From a virus (taxonomy: Duplodnaviria > Caudoviricetes): a stretch of DNA of 58,488 nucleotides. The stretch spans positions 1-58,488 of IMG/VR virus record IMGVR_UViG_3300032605_001675. One strand, given 5' to 3'. A program made the position numbers and the translations under genes. Below, in pieces: positions 9,590 to 19,589 of the stretch. The first letter of the stretch is position 1; each line of letters starts with the position of its first letter. The notes beneath the pieces were generated by a model. The model saw only the letters and a list, made by a program, of their open reading frames with translations, was not told the origin of the DNA and did no database searches.

Positions 9590-10850
9590 ATTCTCTCACA
9601 ATCTTAAGGGATGTTTGCTCTCTTAGTTCAAAGCTCATCATCCAACTCTTTAGGTCACTTCTACGGCTCTTGAGAATATCAATTACCAATGCTTCACTAC
9701 TCTTCATTTCTTTTGTTGCTCCAATACCAAAGGCAAAGTCAACAATCTGTTCAATGTTACTACTAAGACCAATCTGAGCTAGACCTCCACGGCCTTTCTT
9801 GCTCTTGGTAGCCTCTCGGTTAAACTGGGCCAACCATACTGAGGCCATACCCATTTCTCGATTGATACTAGCAACATCTGTAATTACTTCGGCCATCTGT
9901 AGACTTTGGAAATTACTCTGGCTACCATAGTTCTTTTCAGTGGTCAACCAACTCAACTGGTCTCCTACCATTAGATCTGCTCCCCAGTGCTTGGCCTTAC
10001 TATAAAGTTCCAATACTGTTCGTTCATTCTTACGGCTAGGAGAGTCAATAAGTAGGTACTCACCAAACTCCATTACTTCTTCTCGAGCTTCTTTTAGTCT
10101 CTTGAGTTCATTAGGAGTAAGTTCTCCACGTTCATATCTGGTATAAGGTACTCCACTAACCAAGCAGTCCAATCTCATAAGAGTTAGTTCTTTTCTTAGT
10201 TCCAGAGAGGCAAAGTAGACCTTTTGCTTTCTACGAGCTGCCTCAAGAGCAATAACACTACCTACCCAACTCTTACCCACATTGGGAATACCTACTACTA
10301 CAGCAAGTTCACCTTTCTGGATACCGTAGGTATGTTCGTCTAATTCATCCCAACCAAGGTAGATACCTCTCTTCTCCTTGGAGTTATTAAGAGCATTCTC
10401 GATGTAGTCATTACTTCTACGTTCGTATCCATCACCATAGATCTCAATACGTTCACGGGTACTGGTATCATTCTGGATCTTGGTTAGGTTACTTAGAGCA
10501 AGAGAGATTCCGGCTTCAGGGTCCTTCTCGAGTTCACTTGCTGCCTTAAGTAGAACATTCTGAGTAGTTGCTCTACGATACTTGGTTAGTAGTTCATCAA
10601 TAAGAACTAAGGCCAAATATTCTTCTTCAGGCCAAGGGTTCTTAACAAAGTAATCAGGAAACTTGGTCTCTAGAAAATCACGATCTACTGTTTGACGAAA
10701 CTCACTCTTGAGATAGTATTCTAGGGTGTATTCGAATAATTCACGAACTCCATCATCAAAGAAGTGTTCGGGCCTTACTCCTTTATCCCAGATGATCTTA
10801 ATATTATCTAACTTAACAAAATGCGGTACAAAACTCTTTTCAATATCCAC
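9573..10850 (-). CDS. dnaB: DnaB-like replicative helicase
   Basis: GIQKGEL, GIPNVGKS Walker A, SLEL, GDQL, LAQFNRE, IEQIVD, KSRR. Confidence 0.93.
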   Translation of the reverse strand: MDIEKSFVPHFVKLDNIKIIWDKGVRPEHFFDDGVRELFEYTLEYYLKSEFRQTVDRDFLETKFPDYFVKNPWPEEEYLALVLIDELLTKYRRATTQNVLLKAASELEKDPEAGISLALSNLTKIQNDTSTRERIEIYGDGYERRSNDYIENALNNSKEKRGIYLGWDELDEHTYGIQKGELAVVVGIPNVGKSWVGSVIALEAARRKQKVYFASLELRKELTLMRLDCLVSGVPYTRYERGELTPNELKRLKEAREEVMEFGEYLLIDSPSRKNERTVLELYSKAKHWGADLMVGDQLSWLTTEKNYGSQSNFQSLQMAEVITDVASINREMGMASVWLAQFNREATKSKKGRGGLAQIGLSSNIEQIVDFAFGIGATKEMKSSEALVIDILKSRRSDLKSWMMSFELREQTSLKIVREFEDGE

Positions 10851-11650
10851 TAGTAGATCTTCCTCTGGGTTCCTTCACTGATCTCGGTTAATGTTCTATC
10901 CCGAGCTTGACTTCTAAAGTCTTCACCAACCATATTATGTATAATCACTCGCTCTTTCAAGAGAGAAAAGATAGCACTTCCATAGCCGGTATTTAATTCT
11001 TCGATGCTCATATTGGTGGTCATGAAAGTAGGACGGTTATCCAATGCTCTCTGTCTTAGGACATGGTCGAAGGTAGCCTCAGAGAGATTGTTCTTACTAC
11101 GAAACTCCTTACCAACATCATCTAGGAAGAAGACGTCACTCTTAACAACCTTACTCTCAAATCTAGCCTTATCTTCATTACTGCCCCAACCTCGAGTGAA
11201 TTCATCCACCATTTGAGTAAAGGTAGCAAAGTAGACTGTATAACCTAGCTTAACTAGTTCTTTGGCCATTAGGGCAGTTAGTAGAGTTTTACCAGTTCCC
11301 CAACTACCATAATAGAGAAGACCCATTCCACCCTTGACCATATCAGCATGGCGATTTAAGTAGCTATGAGCAATCTCTAAGGCAATTGGATCACCTTGGT
11401 AGTCACTCCAAGTTAGTCTCTGATAGTTAAGACCGATACCGGCATTCAAGTAGTGCTTATAGAGTTGTAGTTGAATCTTACATTCTCCACAACTACGGTC
11501 ACTACAGCTAGGACAACCATTCTTACCAATCTTTTCGAACTGGGGATTTCTGGCCTCCAAGTATTCAGTTTCCTCATCTCTAAGGAACTTATACTTAAGA
11601 TCTACATAGTCCTTACTCCAATTAAATTGCGAGTCGTTTGAGGAAGTCAT
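10850..11650 (-). CDS. DnaC/IstB-like helicase loader ATPase
   Basis: Cys cluster, GSWGTGKT, FLDDVGKE, R..DNRPTFMTTN, GEDFR. Confidence 0.9.
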   Translation of the reverse strand: MTSSNDSQFNWSKDYVDLKYKFLRDEETEYLEARNPQFEKIGKNGCPSCSDRSCGECKIQLQLYKHYLNAGIGLNYQRLTWSDYQGDPIALEIAHSYLNRHADMVKGGMGLLYYGSWGTGKTLLTALMAKELVKLGYTVYFATFTQMVDEFTRGWGSNEDKARFESKVVKSDVFFLDDVGKEFRSKNNLSEATFDHVLRQRALDNRPTFMTTNMSIEELNTGYGSAIFSLLKERVIIHNMVGEDFRSQARDRTLTEISEGTQRKIY

Positions 11651-12092
11651 TACTATCCATCAATCCTTCCAGGTTCGGCTTAGGTTCGTTTTCTTTAATT
11701 ATATCCTGACGAAGTTCAATATACAACTTATCTTGAATCCATTTACTACCCTTACTAAAGGCAGTAACGGTCATTACTTGTCCATTAAGGATACAGTTGT
11801 ACTTATCAAAGAGTAGAGCAACCATAGGACCAGCATCGTCACCGTAACGTTCCTTGTAGCTCTTAAAAATCGCAATCTCTTTAACCCACTCGACATTATA
11901 ATCAAATCCTTGTGTCTCTTTAAAACGGTTAGCAAAGTAGACCAATAGTTCCTTGGCTTCAGCTTTTACTAGGTCTACTTCAGTGGTAGAAGGTTTCTCA
12001 TTAACCGGTACTACTTCTACTACTTCATCATAACTATCGTTATCAAAGTCCCTTAGAGGACCATCAACGCTTTTCTTTCCTACTGTCGTCAT
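11622..12092 (-). CDS. hypothetical protein (possible replication-initiation partner)
   Basis: ORF track; immediately upstream of the DnaC-like gene. Confidence 0.55.
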   Translation of the reverse strand: MTTVGKKSVDGPLRDFDNDSYDEVVEVVPVNEKPSTTEVDLVKAEAKELLVYFANRFKETQGFDYNVEWVKEIAIFKSYKERYGDDAGPMVALLFDKYNCILNGQVMTVTAFSKGSKWIQDKLYIELRQDIIKENEPKPNLEGLMDSNDFLKRLAI

Positions 12093-12450
12093 TATTAAAT
12101 CCCTTGCTCTTTAGGAACTTCTCACTAACATCTGAGAAGGTCTTGATCTTCCTACTTACCCACTCTTGGGTTTCCTCACTTAAGTCATAGATACTACGTC
12201 CGGTTGGACCAATACCTGATAGCTTGTCTCGACCTAGTAGAATAAATCTCCACTCGGCTTTTTCATCACCCTTTGAGGCCTCTTCATGTCCATAGATCTG
12301 AATCCACTTCTCATCAAGACCACATAGGAAACCTTCATAGACAAAGCTATCACTGTAGGCCATTACTTCATGCCGCCTACTAGCAATGATTGCAATGTTT
12401 CTTTCGAACATTGAATCCTGGGGTTGTGCTAACTTATCCATTATCTCCAC
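12064..12450 (-). CDS. hypothetical protein
   Basis: ORF track; overlapping operon structure. Confidence 0.6.
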   Translation of the reverse strand: MEIMDKLAQPQDSMFERNIAIIASRRHEVMAYSDSFVYEGFLCGLDEKWIQIYGHEEASKGDEKAEWRFILLGRDKLSGIGPTGRSIYDLSEETQEWVSRKIKTFSDVSEKFLKSKGFNNDDSRKEKR

Positions 12451-12956
12451 TCCATAGGACTATTCGTCCCCTGGTAAAATCCATTATATGTTTTACTAGT
12501 CTCACTAGTTAAGAAAATCATCTGAGCAATACTTGCTCCAACTTCGATGTAGCTTTCGGCTTGAACCTGAACCATCATACCACAAGCTCCTTCATAGCCA
12601 CTATCGAATAATCCATTTTCTCCAGTGCAACCACTCTTAGCCATACTACTACGGACCAAGGTGATTCCACAAAGAGTATCATTTAACTTTAGTTGCTCAT
12701 TAAATTCCACTTGGTAACGAATACCGGGTTCCAGTTTATACATCTCTACTCCTTCATATAGGAAAGATTTCATTTCCGTATACTCGGGTAGCTTCCTACG
12801 ATTCTCTTTATTGGCATAAAGAACTAGAGTTCCATTAATAGTATAAATCTTACTAACTGTAAGGTCTACACTATTGGGTTGGATATTCTCTTCTCGTACT
12901 CCTGAGATGCAACCTGTTGCGACTACATCATGAGGGTCAATGACCCCCATCATCAT
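12441..12956 (-). CDS. dUTPase / dCTP deaminase family protein
   Basis: QPNSVDL, RSS, FDSGYEG, IAQMIF, YNGFYQG motifs of the trimeric dUTPase/Dcd superfamily. Confidence 0.85.
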   Translation of the reverse strand: MMMGVIDPHDVVATGCISGVREENIQPNSVDLTVSKIYTINGTLVLYANKENRRKLPEYTEMKSFLYEGVEMYKLEPGIRYQVEFNEQLKLNDTLCGITLVRSSMAKSGCTGENGLFDSGYEGACGMMVQVQAESYIEVGASIAQMIFLTSETSKTYNGFYQGTNSPMEWR

Positions 12957-13516
12957 CGGCCACTAACTGCTCGAAGCCATTCATCCTTAACAGATGGCTC
13001 TACAAAGTTACCACGAAGAGTTGAAGTTACAGTACTAGTACCGGGCTTCTGAACTCCACGCATAGCCATGCAAAGGTGCTCTGCTGAGATATATACTCCT
13101 ACACCCTGAGGCTGTAGACCACAGTCATAGAGAGTATCAGCAATCTGGCTACCTAGTCTTTCTTGGACCTGGAGACGCTTAGAGAAAGCATCGAGTACCC
13201 GAGCGAGTTTACTAAGGCCAACAACACGACCGCCCTTAGGGATGTACCCAATAGTAGCAGTACCAAAGAAAGGAGCAAGGTGGTGCTCACAAAGGCTATA
13301 GAATGGGATGTCACGGACGATAACCATTTCATTTGAACCCTCTTTAAAGATTGCCTTTTCGATAAGTGCCTTGGGCTCAATATCGTAACCTGCTGTTAGT
13401 TCCTGATACATTTCTGCTACTCGGCGAGGAGTATCCAATAGACCTTCACGCTTGGTATCTTCTCCCATTGAGGCCAGGAGTGCCTTTACTGCTAACTTGC
13501 CTTCTTCGAGGTACAT
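12953..13516 (-). CDS. folE: GTP cyclohydrolase I
   Basis: REGLLDTPRRVA, SLCEHHLAPF, GLSKL, RLQVQER, HLCMAMRG. Confidence 0.97.
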   Translation of the reverse strand: MYLEEGKLAVKALLASMGEDTKREGLLDTPRRVAEMYQELTAGYDIEPKALIEKAIFKEGSNEMVIVRDIPFYSLCEHHLAPFFGTATIGYIPKGGRVVGLSKLARVLDAFSKRLQVQERLGSQIADTLYDCGLQPQGVGVYISAEHLCMAMRGVQKPGTSTVTSTLRGNFVEPSVKDEWLRAVSGR

Positions 13517-13619
13517 TACTTACTTTCCATTCTGTTATTTAGTTTACTAATACGATTAATCTTACGGTACATACGACCATAAGCTACTAGGTCCTTAAGA
13601 CCCCTCCAAGTGATCAACT

Positions 13620-14345
13620 TCATCGTCCACGCTCATTTGCTGGCCAAATGTAGTTATGTACTTGAACGTTTAGGCTCCAAGGAACCCGATGCTCCAACAT
13701 AAGACCTACTAGGTCCTTGGTGGGGAATACATCCCAGGCACTACCGGCCCAGAATCGAACTCCATCCTTGACTTGACCCTTAAGGAAGTCATAGGTTTCT
13801 AGAGCTTCTTCAAAGTCTACCTTATCCTTACAGACGAACTTAATACCACTACCGCTCTTGAGGTTAGCAGCATTAATTGCTCTATTCTCTCTACGAGTTT
13901 GAGACTCTCCACTACCATCTAGCTTCCAGTCCATCATAAAGGTAACATTCTTAAGAGCAATATCCGAGTAAAGGAAACTACCATTACTAAAACTCTCTAC
14001 TTCAAAACCTTCACCTACCAGGAGTAGGATTAGTTCATCCATCTTGCTCTGAGGCTGAAGGAATGGTTCTCCACCAGTTAGGCAGATGTTATTGGCACCA
14101 GTTTTATTACGCTGAACCTTACAGTCCTTGAGAAGTTCTTCTGGAGTACACTTGTAACTTCCACCGTCCTTCATATACACTTCTGGGTCTACAGCAAATG
14201 GAGTATCACAAGGCCATCCGGCACAAGTCATATTGCATCCTGCGAATCGAACAAACTGAGTAGTTCGTCCGGTACGAGGACCTTCTCCTTGAGTACTGGT
14301 ATAGTGCTCTACTAATCTTAGATCAGCCATTACTTGTTTCTCCAA
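13620..14345 (-). CDS. queE: 7-carboxy-7-deazaguanine synthase (radical SAM)
   Basis: EHYTSTQGEG, FVRFAGCNMTCAGWPCDT, LTGGEP, NG, KFV, QVH motifs; start probably ATG near 14330. Confidence 0.92.
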   Translation of the reverse strand: MEKQVMADLRLVEHYTSTQGEGPRTGRTTQFVRFAGCNMTCAGWPCDTPFAVDPEVYMKDGGSYKCTPEELLKDCKVQRNKTGANNICLTGGEPFLQPQSKMDELILLLVGEGFEVESFSNGSFLYSDIALKNVTFMMDWKLDGSGESQTRRENRAINAANLKSGSGIKFVCKDKVDFEEALETYDFLKGQVKDGVRFWAGSAWDVFPTKDLVGLMLEHRVPWSLNVQVHNYIWPANERGR

Positions 14346-14498
14346 CCTGTATCTTCATTACCCACTCGGGTAGTCTTCTTAGGTGCTTCACTCTTCTGGT
14401 AAATACCCTTTTTAATACCTTCACTAAACATGTGAATAAAGAATCCAACTCCCGTAAAGAATAGAGCTGGAAGTACGAATACTAACAATACATGCATA

Positions 14499-14954
14499 CT
14501 ATACTCCTCTACAGTAGGCTACACTAGTGGGGGTCTCCCACACGGCTACTTCATACAACTCTAAATCATTACCGAACTCTACTTCAATATCATACTGAAG
14601 TTGAGTCCAGGCCCAACGAGCAATATTCTCTGCTGTTGGAATATACGGAAAAACAATATAGTTCCAATCATTGGTCTTAGAGGGTTCATCTAGGATTGCT
14701 CTAAGCACCTTGTCCTCTTCCCATACACAGAATCCATGGTCCAATACATCATGAATCTTATTATTCATAATATACTTAAGATGACCAAAGTCCACTAGCA
14801 TTCCATGGTCCTTACGGGAAGGGTCATCAATTATATCTCCCTTACAGGTTACACGAACTTTATAACGATGTCCGTGGGGATTCCTACATTTACTACCATG
14901 AGTACTCACTCGGTGACCGAGATCAAACTCAATTTCTTTAGAGATGAGATTCAT
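14499..14954 (-). CDS. queD: 6-carboxytetrahydropterin synthase
   Basis: GHRV...KC..PHGHRY, GMLVDFG, LDH, PTAENIA, WETPTS. Confidence 0.93.
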   Translation of the reverse strand: MNLISKEIEFDLGHRVSTHGSKCRNPHGHRYKVRVTCKGDIIDDPSRKDHGMLVDFGHLKYIMNNKIHDVLDHGFCVWEEDKVLRAILDEPSKTNDWNYIVFPYIPTAENIARWAWTQLQYDIEVEFGNDLELYEVAVWETPTSVAYCRGV

Positions 14955-14975
14955 CTTACTCCTTACTAGGTTTAT

Positions 14976-15005
14976 ATTGTATAATGCTTTACTACTTTAA
15001 ATCAA
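14976..15005 (-). promoter_or_regulatory. promoter TTGATT-N18-TACAAT upstream of queD
   Basis: Matches the recurring promoter family; AAGGAG RBS before queD. Confidence 0.55.
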
Positions 15006-15128
15006 GTCTAATTTTCATCTTCTTTTACTAGATCAGCAATCTGTCTTAGTAGATCTTGAATACGGTCTAGACTGTCTTCTAGTCCCCAAAAACTAACTAT
15101 TAGTTCTGCATGATCTAGTTCTTCTTGG

Positions 15129-16322
15129 TTATCGGACACTGTCTTCAACTGCCGCTCGAACCTTAAGGAAAGATGCTACTATTTCACTACTCTTGGCTAC
15201 AAGTGGAGCATAAAGTCTAATAGTATCTACTCCATAGAGAACTCTACCGGTAAAGACCTTGTATCCCCAAATCTTTTGAACTACAGAATCGATATCAATA
15301 CCTTCATTAAGCACTAGACCCTTCATGAGTCCAGGTCCATGTAGACTGGCTACTTTACAATCCTTAAAGGCATGGTCAGCAAGACTACCCTTTTCACGAA
15401 CCATAGCTAGGAATACTGGGTCACTAGTGGCCTTAAACATTTCTCTGCCTGCTGCTACACTTATGGGGTTACCACCAAAGGTACTAAGGTGAGTGAAGGG
15501 ATTATCGGTACTCATACTCTTCCATCGTTGAGCACTAGCAACCACTGCTCCTAGAGGATAACCCCCACCTAGTGCCTTACCTAGAGTAACAATATCTGGG
15601 TTGACTCCTTGGTACTGGTCTAGTACAAACTGAGTACCAGTTCGTCCAAATCCTGTCTGTACTTCATCAATTACTAGAAGTACTCCATTCTTCTTACACC
15701 AATTGCTTACATATTCAGCCCATTCAGGGTCAACTGCAATTACTCCAGCTTCACCTTGGACTAGTTCCATAAAGAAGGCTGCACGGTTCTTAAACTCATC
15801 TGGAATATCATCACCAACATCAACCCACTTAGTGAGTTCTGGGTTTACCATACCGGCAAAGGGTTCACGATATTGAGGCTTATAAGTAAGACTTAGGCTA
15901 CCAAGACTACGACCATGGAAACCATTCTTAAGAGCAATAAAACCTTCACGGCCTGTACTTAGCATAGCTAGCTTCATAGCAAGTTCATTGGCTTCAGTAC
16001 CACTAGTACAGAACCAGGTCTTGTTCTCTTCGGCCATACCATTACTCATGGTTAAAGTGGAGAATCTCTCACTAATACTCTCGGCATACTTTAGTTGCTC
16101 TTTGATATTAAACTCACCATACACATTAATATGAGCATACTTATTAACTGTCTTAATCACTGCCTTTTGAATAGCAGGATAGTTATGGCCTAGATTATTT
16201 ACAGCAATACCACAGGCCATATCAAACATATCACCATATTCTTTGGTCTCTAGATAACTATCATGAGCACCAGTAATGGTAATATCGTAAGGCCAAGGAT
16301 TTGTACGGGCTAAATATTCCAC
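15129..16322 (-). CDS. class III PLP-dependent aminotransferase (ArgD/ornithine AT-like)
   Basis: D..CGIAVNNLGH, SGTEANE, FHGRS, ELVQGEAG, IDEVQTGFGRTG, PDIVTLGKALGGG (PLP lysine), STFGGNP. Confidence 0.93.
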   Translation of the reverse strand: MEYLARTNPWPYDITITGAHDSYLETKEYGDMFDMACGIAVNNLGHNYPAIQKAVIKTVNKYAHINVYGEFNIKEQLKYAESISERFSTLTMSNGMAEENKTWFCTSGTEANELAMKLAMLSTGREGFIALKNGFHGRSLGSLSLTYKPQYREPFAGMVNPELTKWVDVGDDIPDEFKNRAAFFMELVQGEAGVIAVDPEWAEYVSNWCKKNGVLLVIDEVQTGFGRTGTQFVLDQYQGVNPDIVTLGKALGGGYPLGAVVASAQRWKSMSTDNPFTHLSTFGGNPISVAAGREMFKATSDPVFLAMVREKGSLADHAFKDCKVASLHGPGLMKGLVLNEGIDIDSVVQKIWGYKVFTGRVLYGVDTIRLYAPLVAKSSEIVASFLKVRAAVEDSVR

Positions 16323-16562
16323 TTACTCCTCTTCCTTTTTTAACTCTTCTACTTGATTTCTTACTTCTTCAATAAGGTGTGGGTATCCACAATTAGGGCA
16401 CTTACACTTAACCGACATCTCTTACTTCTTCTACTACAAATATGTCTTCTTCATTGTATGGGTCCACTTCATTATAGGCCCATTCAACTATCCATCTACC
16501 ATCTGTGGTCTTACCAACAATTTGGCCTAGATTGGCTTTTACAGTAACAATGTCTCCAAGTT

Positions 16563-17600
16563 TCATCGATCATCTCCTACATATATATCAAAGTCATCAA
16601 CCGGATCAAACTGTTCAAAGAATTCCGGGAACTGCATACTACCGATATCACAAATACGAGTAACCATCTGACTCTCAACATAATCAATTGTATCTTCGTC
16701 ATCAGGATTAATTGCTACTGTACTAATACGATCTCTCCATTTATTAATGAAACGATCTAGATCATCTAGACTATCCACTACTACAAAACGAGTATCACCA
16801 TATAGTGTAGTAAAGATTTCTGGAGAGTTCAACTGTTCTAGTCTAGTATATTTACCCACTAGGTTGGCACTTAGAAACTGTTGGACTAGTTCACTCTTTC
16901 GAGTTAGAGGAAGCTTACCTCTAAACTCATCAATCATTCTCCCAAACAATACTGTGTGAATATCACTAATCTCTTTCCACATTCTCATAGCAGTTTCTCC
17001 AACCACTACATAGAACTTGGGACTTAGGCAACCTTCTCCATAGAAACTAAAGAAGTCAAAACAGATATCCTGTATCATACTAGGAGTTAGGTCTATGGCC
17101 TTAATAATACCAAAACTAAACTTGGGCCCATGAATATGAACTGCTCTATGTTCATTCTCTAGTTCCCCAAACACTTCAGCAGTATTCTCATCTCCAAATA
17201 CCACTACATCTGTAGCTTCGTCTAGAGCCTTTCTCCAGTCACTAGATAGTTTGAGTTCATCACTATGGGTAGTAAAGATCTTACACTCTACACCCTCTCC
17301 ATAGGTATCAATTACATTCTGAATTAAGTAGCCTTCATCTAGGCTTGGAGCTTTAACAGTTACACTCTCTGGACCAGCCAACTTTAAGCATAGGAATACA
17401 CTCTTGGCTGTAGCACCAGGAACACTCTTGGCTCCAATAATAACGAACTTTCTACCGGTCTTCTCAGTATACTCCTCAAAGTCTCGAGGAATCTCCAGGG
17501 ACTCAATGGCCATTCGATAGTCGTCTTCTAGAAATCTACCAAACTGGGCCAATACACTGACCATATCTACTTCAGGATTAATTACCCATTGCTTGCGCAT
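16563..17600 (-). CDS. LuxC-like acyl-(protein/CoA) reductase
   Basis: ALDH-like fold hallmarks: VKAPS, VVVFGD, HGPKFSF and Y-GEGCLSP with the LuxC catalytic Cys; next to a luxE-like gene. Confidence 0.75.
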   Translation of the reverse strand: MRKQWVINPEVDMVSVLAQFGRFLEDDYRMAIESLEIPRDFEEYTEKTGRKFVIIGAKSVPGATAKSVFLCLKLAGPESVTVKAPSLDEGYLIQNVIDTYGEGVECKIFTTHSDELKLSSDWRKALDEATDVVVFGDENTAEVFGELENEHRAVHIHGPKFSFGIIKAIDLTPSMIQDICFDFFSFYGEGCLSPKFYVVVGETAMRMWKEISDIHTVLFGRMIDEFRGKLPLTRKSELVQQFLSANLVGKYTRLEQLNSPEIFTTLYGDTRFVVVDSLDDLDRFINKWRDRISTVAINPDDEDTIDYVESQMVTRICDIGSMQFPEFFEQFDPVDDFDIYVGDDR

Positions 17601-18690
17601 AAGTTAAGCTACATCCTTTTTCTGGGGCATTAACCGCTCTTCCTTCTAAAACAATCTTACCATCATTATAGAGGTGACCCATATCTTCGGTCAAGATAAA
17701 AGGACAACTCCATACATTAGCAATATCTACAAAGGAGATGATTCCACTCTCTCCTGGCTTAACTTCAGTCTGAGTAAGTGGATCTACCAATCGAACATTT
17801 AACCAGAAAGGAGCATTATACTTGACCTCTGATTCATTACCCCAGGCATATAGTTGACTAGAGATTTCACTCATAGAGTATTCACGAATTAGATCTTCAG
17901 AGTTTAATCTAAACTGCTCTTTAACTGTACTGGTTAGTTGTTGGGGAGTAAGATTAATATCTCTACCCTTCCATCCACCGGTCTCAATCATCATAGAACC
18001 CTTAGGTAGGGTTACTAGAGGAAGTCCATGGGAAGTAATGGTCTTCATGAGATCATAGAAGGCCAAACTAGTACCAAATAAGATTACTGGTTCACTCTCG
18101 TCAGTTAAACTAGTTAGTAATTCCTGCACTCTAGTAGAGTCATTCATACCATCAAATTCTTCTCGAATACCACGAAGGTCATGAAGTTCACTAATATAAC
18201 TCATCATATAGTAGAGACTACTGTTAGGAAGTTTAGGAGTAAGTAGAACTACACGATAGGTAGGTACTGGAGTATTAGTGATCTGATCTTTAAATCCAAA
18301 AGCAATACTTGCTCTATAGGCCTCGGTATCATACATACGGTGCTTGCTCTTATCACCTTGGGTAGTACCACTACTGTGGAATTCTACTCCAGGGAACGGC
18401 ATCCGTTCACTCATTACCAGTCCTACATCACCACGCTTAAACTCTCCAATAGGCATAAGAGGAATCTCTCTCCAGTCCTCAAGAGTTCCACGATCATACT
18501 TCTTGTATACTGGATTAAGTTCACGATGTAGATCATATAAGTCTAGAGCAACACTATTAAAACTCTTGCCTTCAGGGTCTTGAATATACTCAACAGCACT
18601 CTTGATAATCTCGTTAACTGTACTATTATCCATTACTTGCCTAACTTTCTTCCTAAGGAATGCTCTCTCCAGAGAGTTCCATTTAACCAT
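17578..18690 (-). CDS. LuxE-like acyl-protein synthetase (adenylate-forming)
   Basis: IPLMPI..FK, FHSSGTT, ETGGWKGR, EYSMSEISSQ, ILTEDMG, GRA...KGCS with the C-terminal acylated Cys; likely start at MDNST (18633). Confidence 0.88.
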   Translation of the reverse strand: MVKWNSLERAFLRKKVRQVMDNSTVNEIIKSAVEYIQDPEGKSFNSVALDLYDLHRELNPVYKKYDRGTLEDWREIPLMPIGEFKRGDVGLVMSERMPFPGVEFHSSGTTQGDKSKHRMYDTEAYRASIAFGFKDQITNTPVPTYRVVLLTPKLPNSSLYYMMSYISELHDLRGIREEFDGMNDSTRVQELLTSLTDESEPVILFGTSLAFYDLMKTITSHGLPLVTLPKGSMMIETGGWKGRDINLTPQQLTSTVKEQFRLNSEDLIREYSMSEISSQLYAWGNESEVKYNAPFWLNVRLVDPLTQTEVKPGESGIISFVDIANVWSCPFILTEDMGHLYNDGKIVLEGRAVNAPEKGCSLTYAQAMGN

Positions 18691-19589
18691 CGTTCTTTAA
18701 TACTATTAAGTTCAAAGTGATCTAGCAACTTAAGTAACCTATCTCCATGAACTGGAGTAGTGGGTGTTACTGGATTAAACTGTAGATTACCAAGAGGTGG
18801 GAATGGAATATTATCCTTTCCATCCAACTGAATCAACTTAAATGCCCTACGAACTATTTCTTCATGTTCCTTGACCTTTTCATTGTTACTAATAACAGAT
18901 TCTAGGTCTCCATGTTCCTCAATTAGTTTAGTGGCCTTAACTGGTCCTAATCCAGGAACTCCAGGAACATTATCTCCTTTATCACCCATAATGGCCCAGA
19001 TCTCTGGAAGTCTAATGGGTTCCACTTTCCACTGGTCTATTACTGATTGAGTATTGAAGACTTCTTCTTTAACATCTCTACTCTGACTTAGAGAAGGCTT
19101 TACTACAATAACATTCTCTCGAATAAGTTGATGAATATCATGGTCGGCACTAACAATTACCACTTGGTCGAAAACTTCACCAAATTCAATTGCTGCTTTA
19201 GCAATAATATCATCTGCCTCTACATTCTCTAATCTTAAGTAGGGAATACCAATCTTGAGACAGAATTGAAATACTAGGTCTAGTTGTGGCCTAAAGTCCT
19301 CTACTGGGTCCTTTAAGGCTGCCTTCTTTTCTTTACTACGGACTCTATTTGCCTTATACTCGGGGTCAATAGCCAGTCTCTTACTACTTCTACCCTTATC
19401 GAAAGCAATTAGTACATGAGTGGGTTCATACCTACGAATCATACTGGCCAGGGTATTGAGAGTTCCATATACTCCCCAGGTCCCTTGACCATCTTTGTTC
19501 CTTAGATCTTGCTTCATTAGGCCACTGTAGGCGCGGATGAAAACGTTGTGACCATCAAATAGTAGTAAGGTCTTTTTAGAAGTGCTCAC
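18633..19589 (-). CDS. 5'-3' exonuclease / flap endonuclease (PolI N-terminal-like)
   Basis: FDGHN, FDKG, YKANR, EADD, SADHD, GDKGDNVPGVPGLGPVKA. Confidence 0.93.
   Translation of the reverse strand: MSTSKKTLLLFDGHNVFIRAYSGLMKQDLRNKDGQGTWGVYGTLNTLASMIRRYEPTHVLIAFDKGRSSKRLAIDPEYKANRVRSKEKKAALKDPVEDFRPQLDLVFQFCLKIGIPYLRLENVEADDIIAKAAIEFGEVFDQVVIVSADHDIHQLIRENVIVVKPSLSQSRDVKEEVFNTQSVIDQWKVEPIRLPEIWAIMGDKGDNVPGVPGLGPVKATKLIEEHGDLESVISNNEKVKEHEEIVRRAFKLIQLDGKDNIPFPPLGNLQFNPVTPTTPVHGDRLLKLLDHFELNSIKERWLNGTLWREHSLGRKLGK

Noticed and set aside
1221-10850. Inteins or introns in RecA, DnaE or DnaB
   Set aside because: Lengths are normal and no intein C/HN termini or LAGLIDADG blocks were seen
15010-16566. 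Acyl carrier protein for the LuxE/LuxC pair among the mini-ORFs flanking the aminotransferase
   Set aside because: The roughly 31-52 aa ORFs are too short; one contains EDSL but lacks the ACP four-helix length and context
16563-18690. Bioluminescence (lux) operon
   Set aside because: No luxA/luxB/luxD/luxG; the context is deazaguanine synthesis and DNA modification
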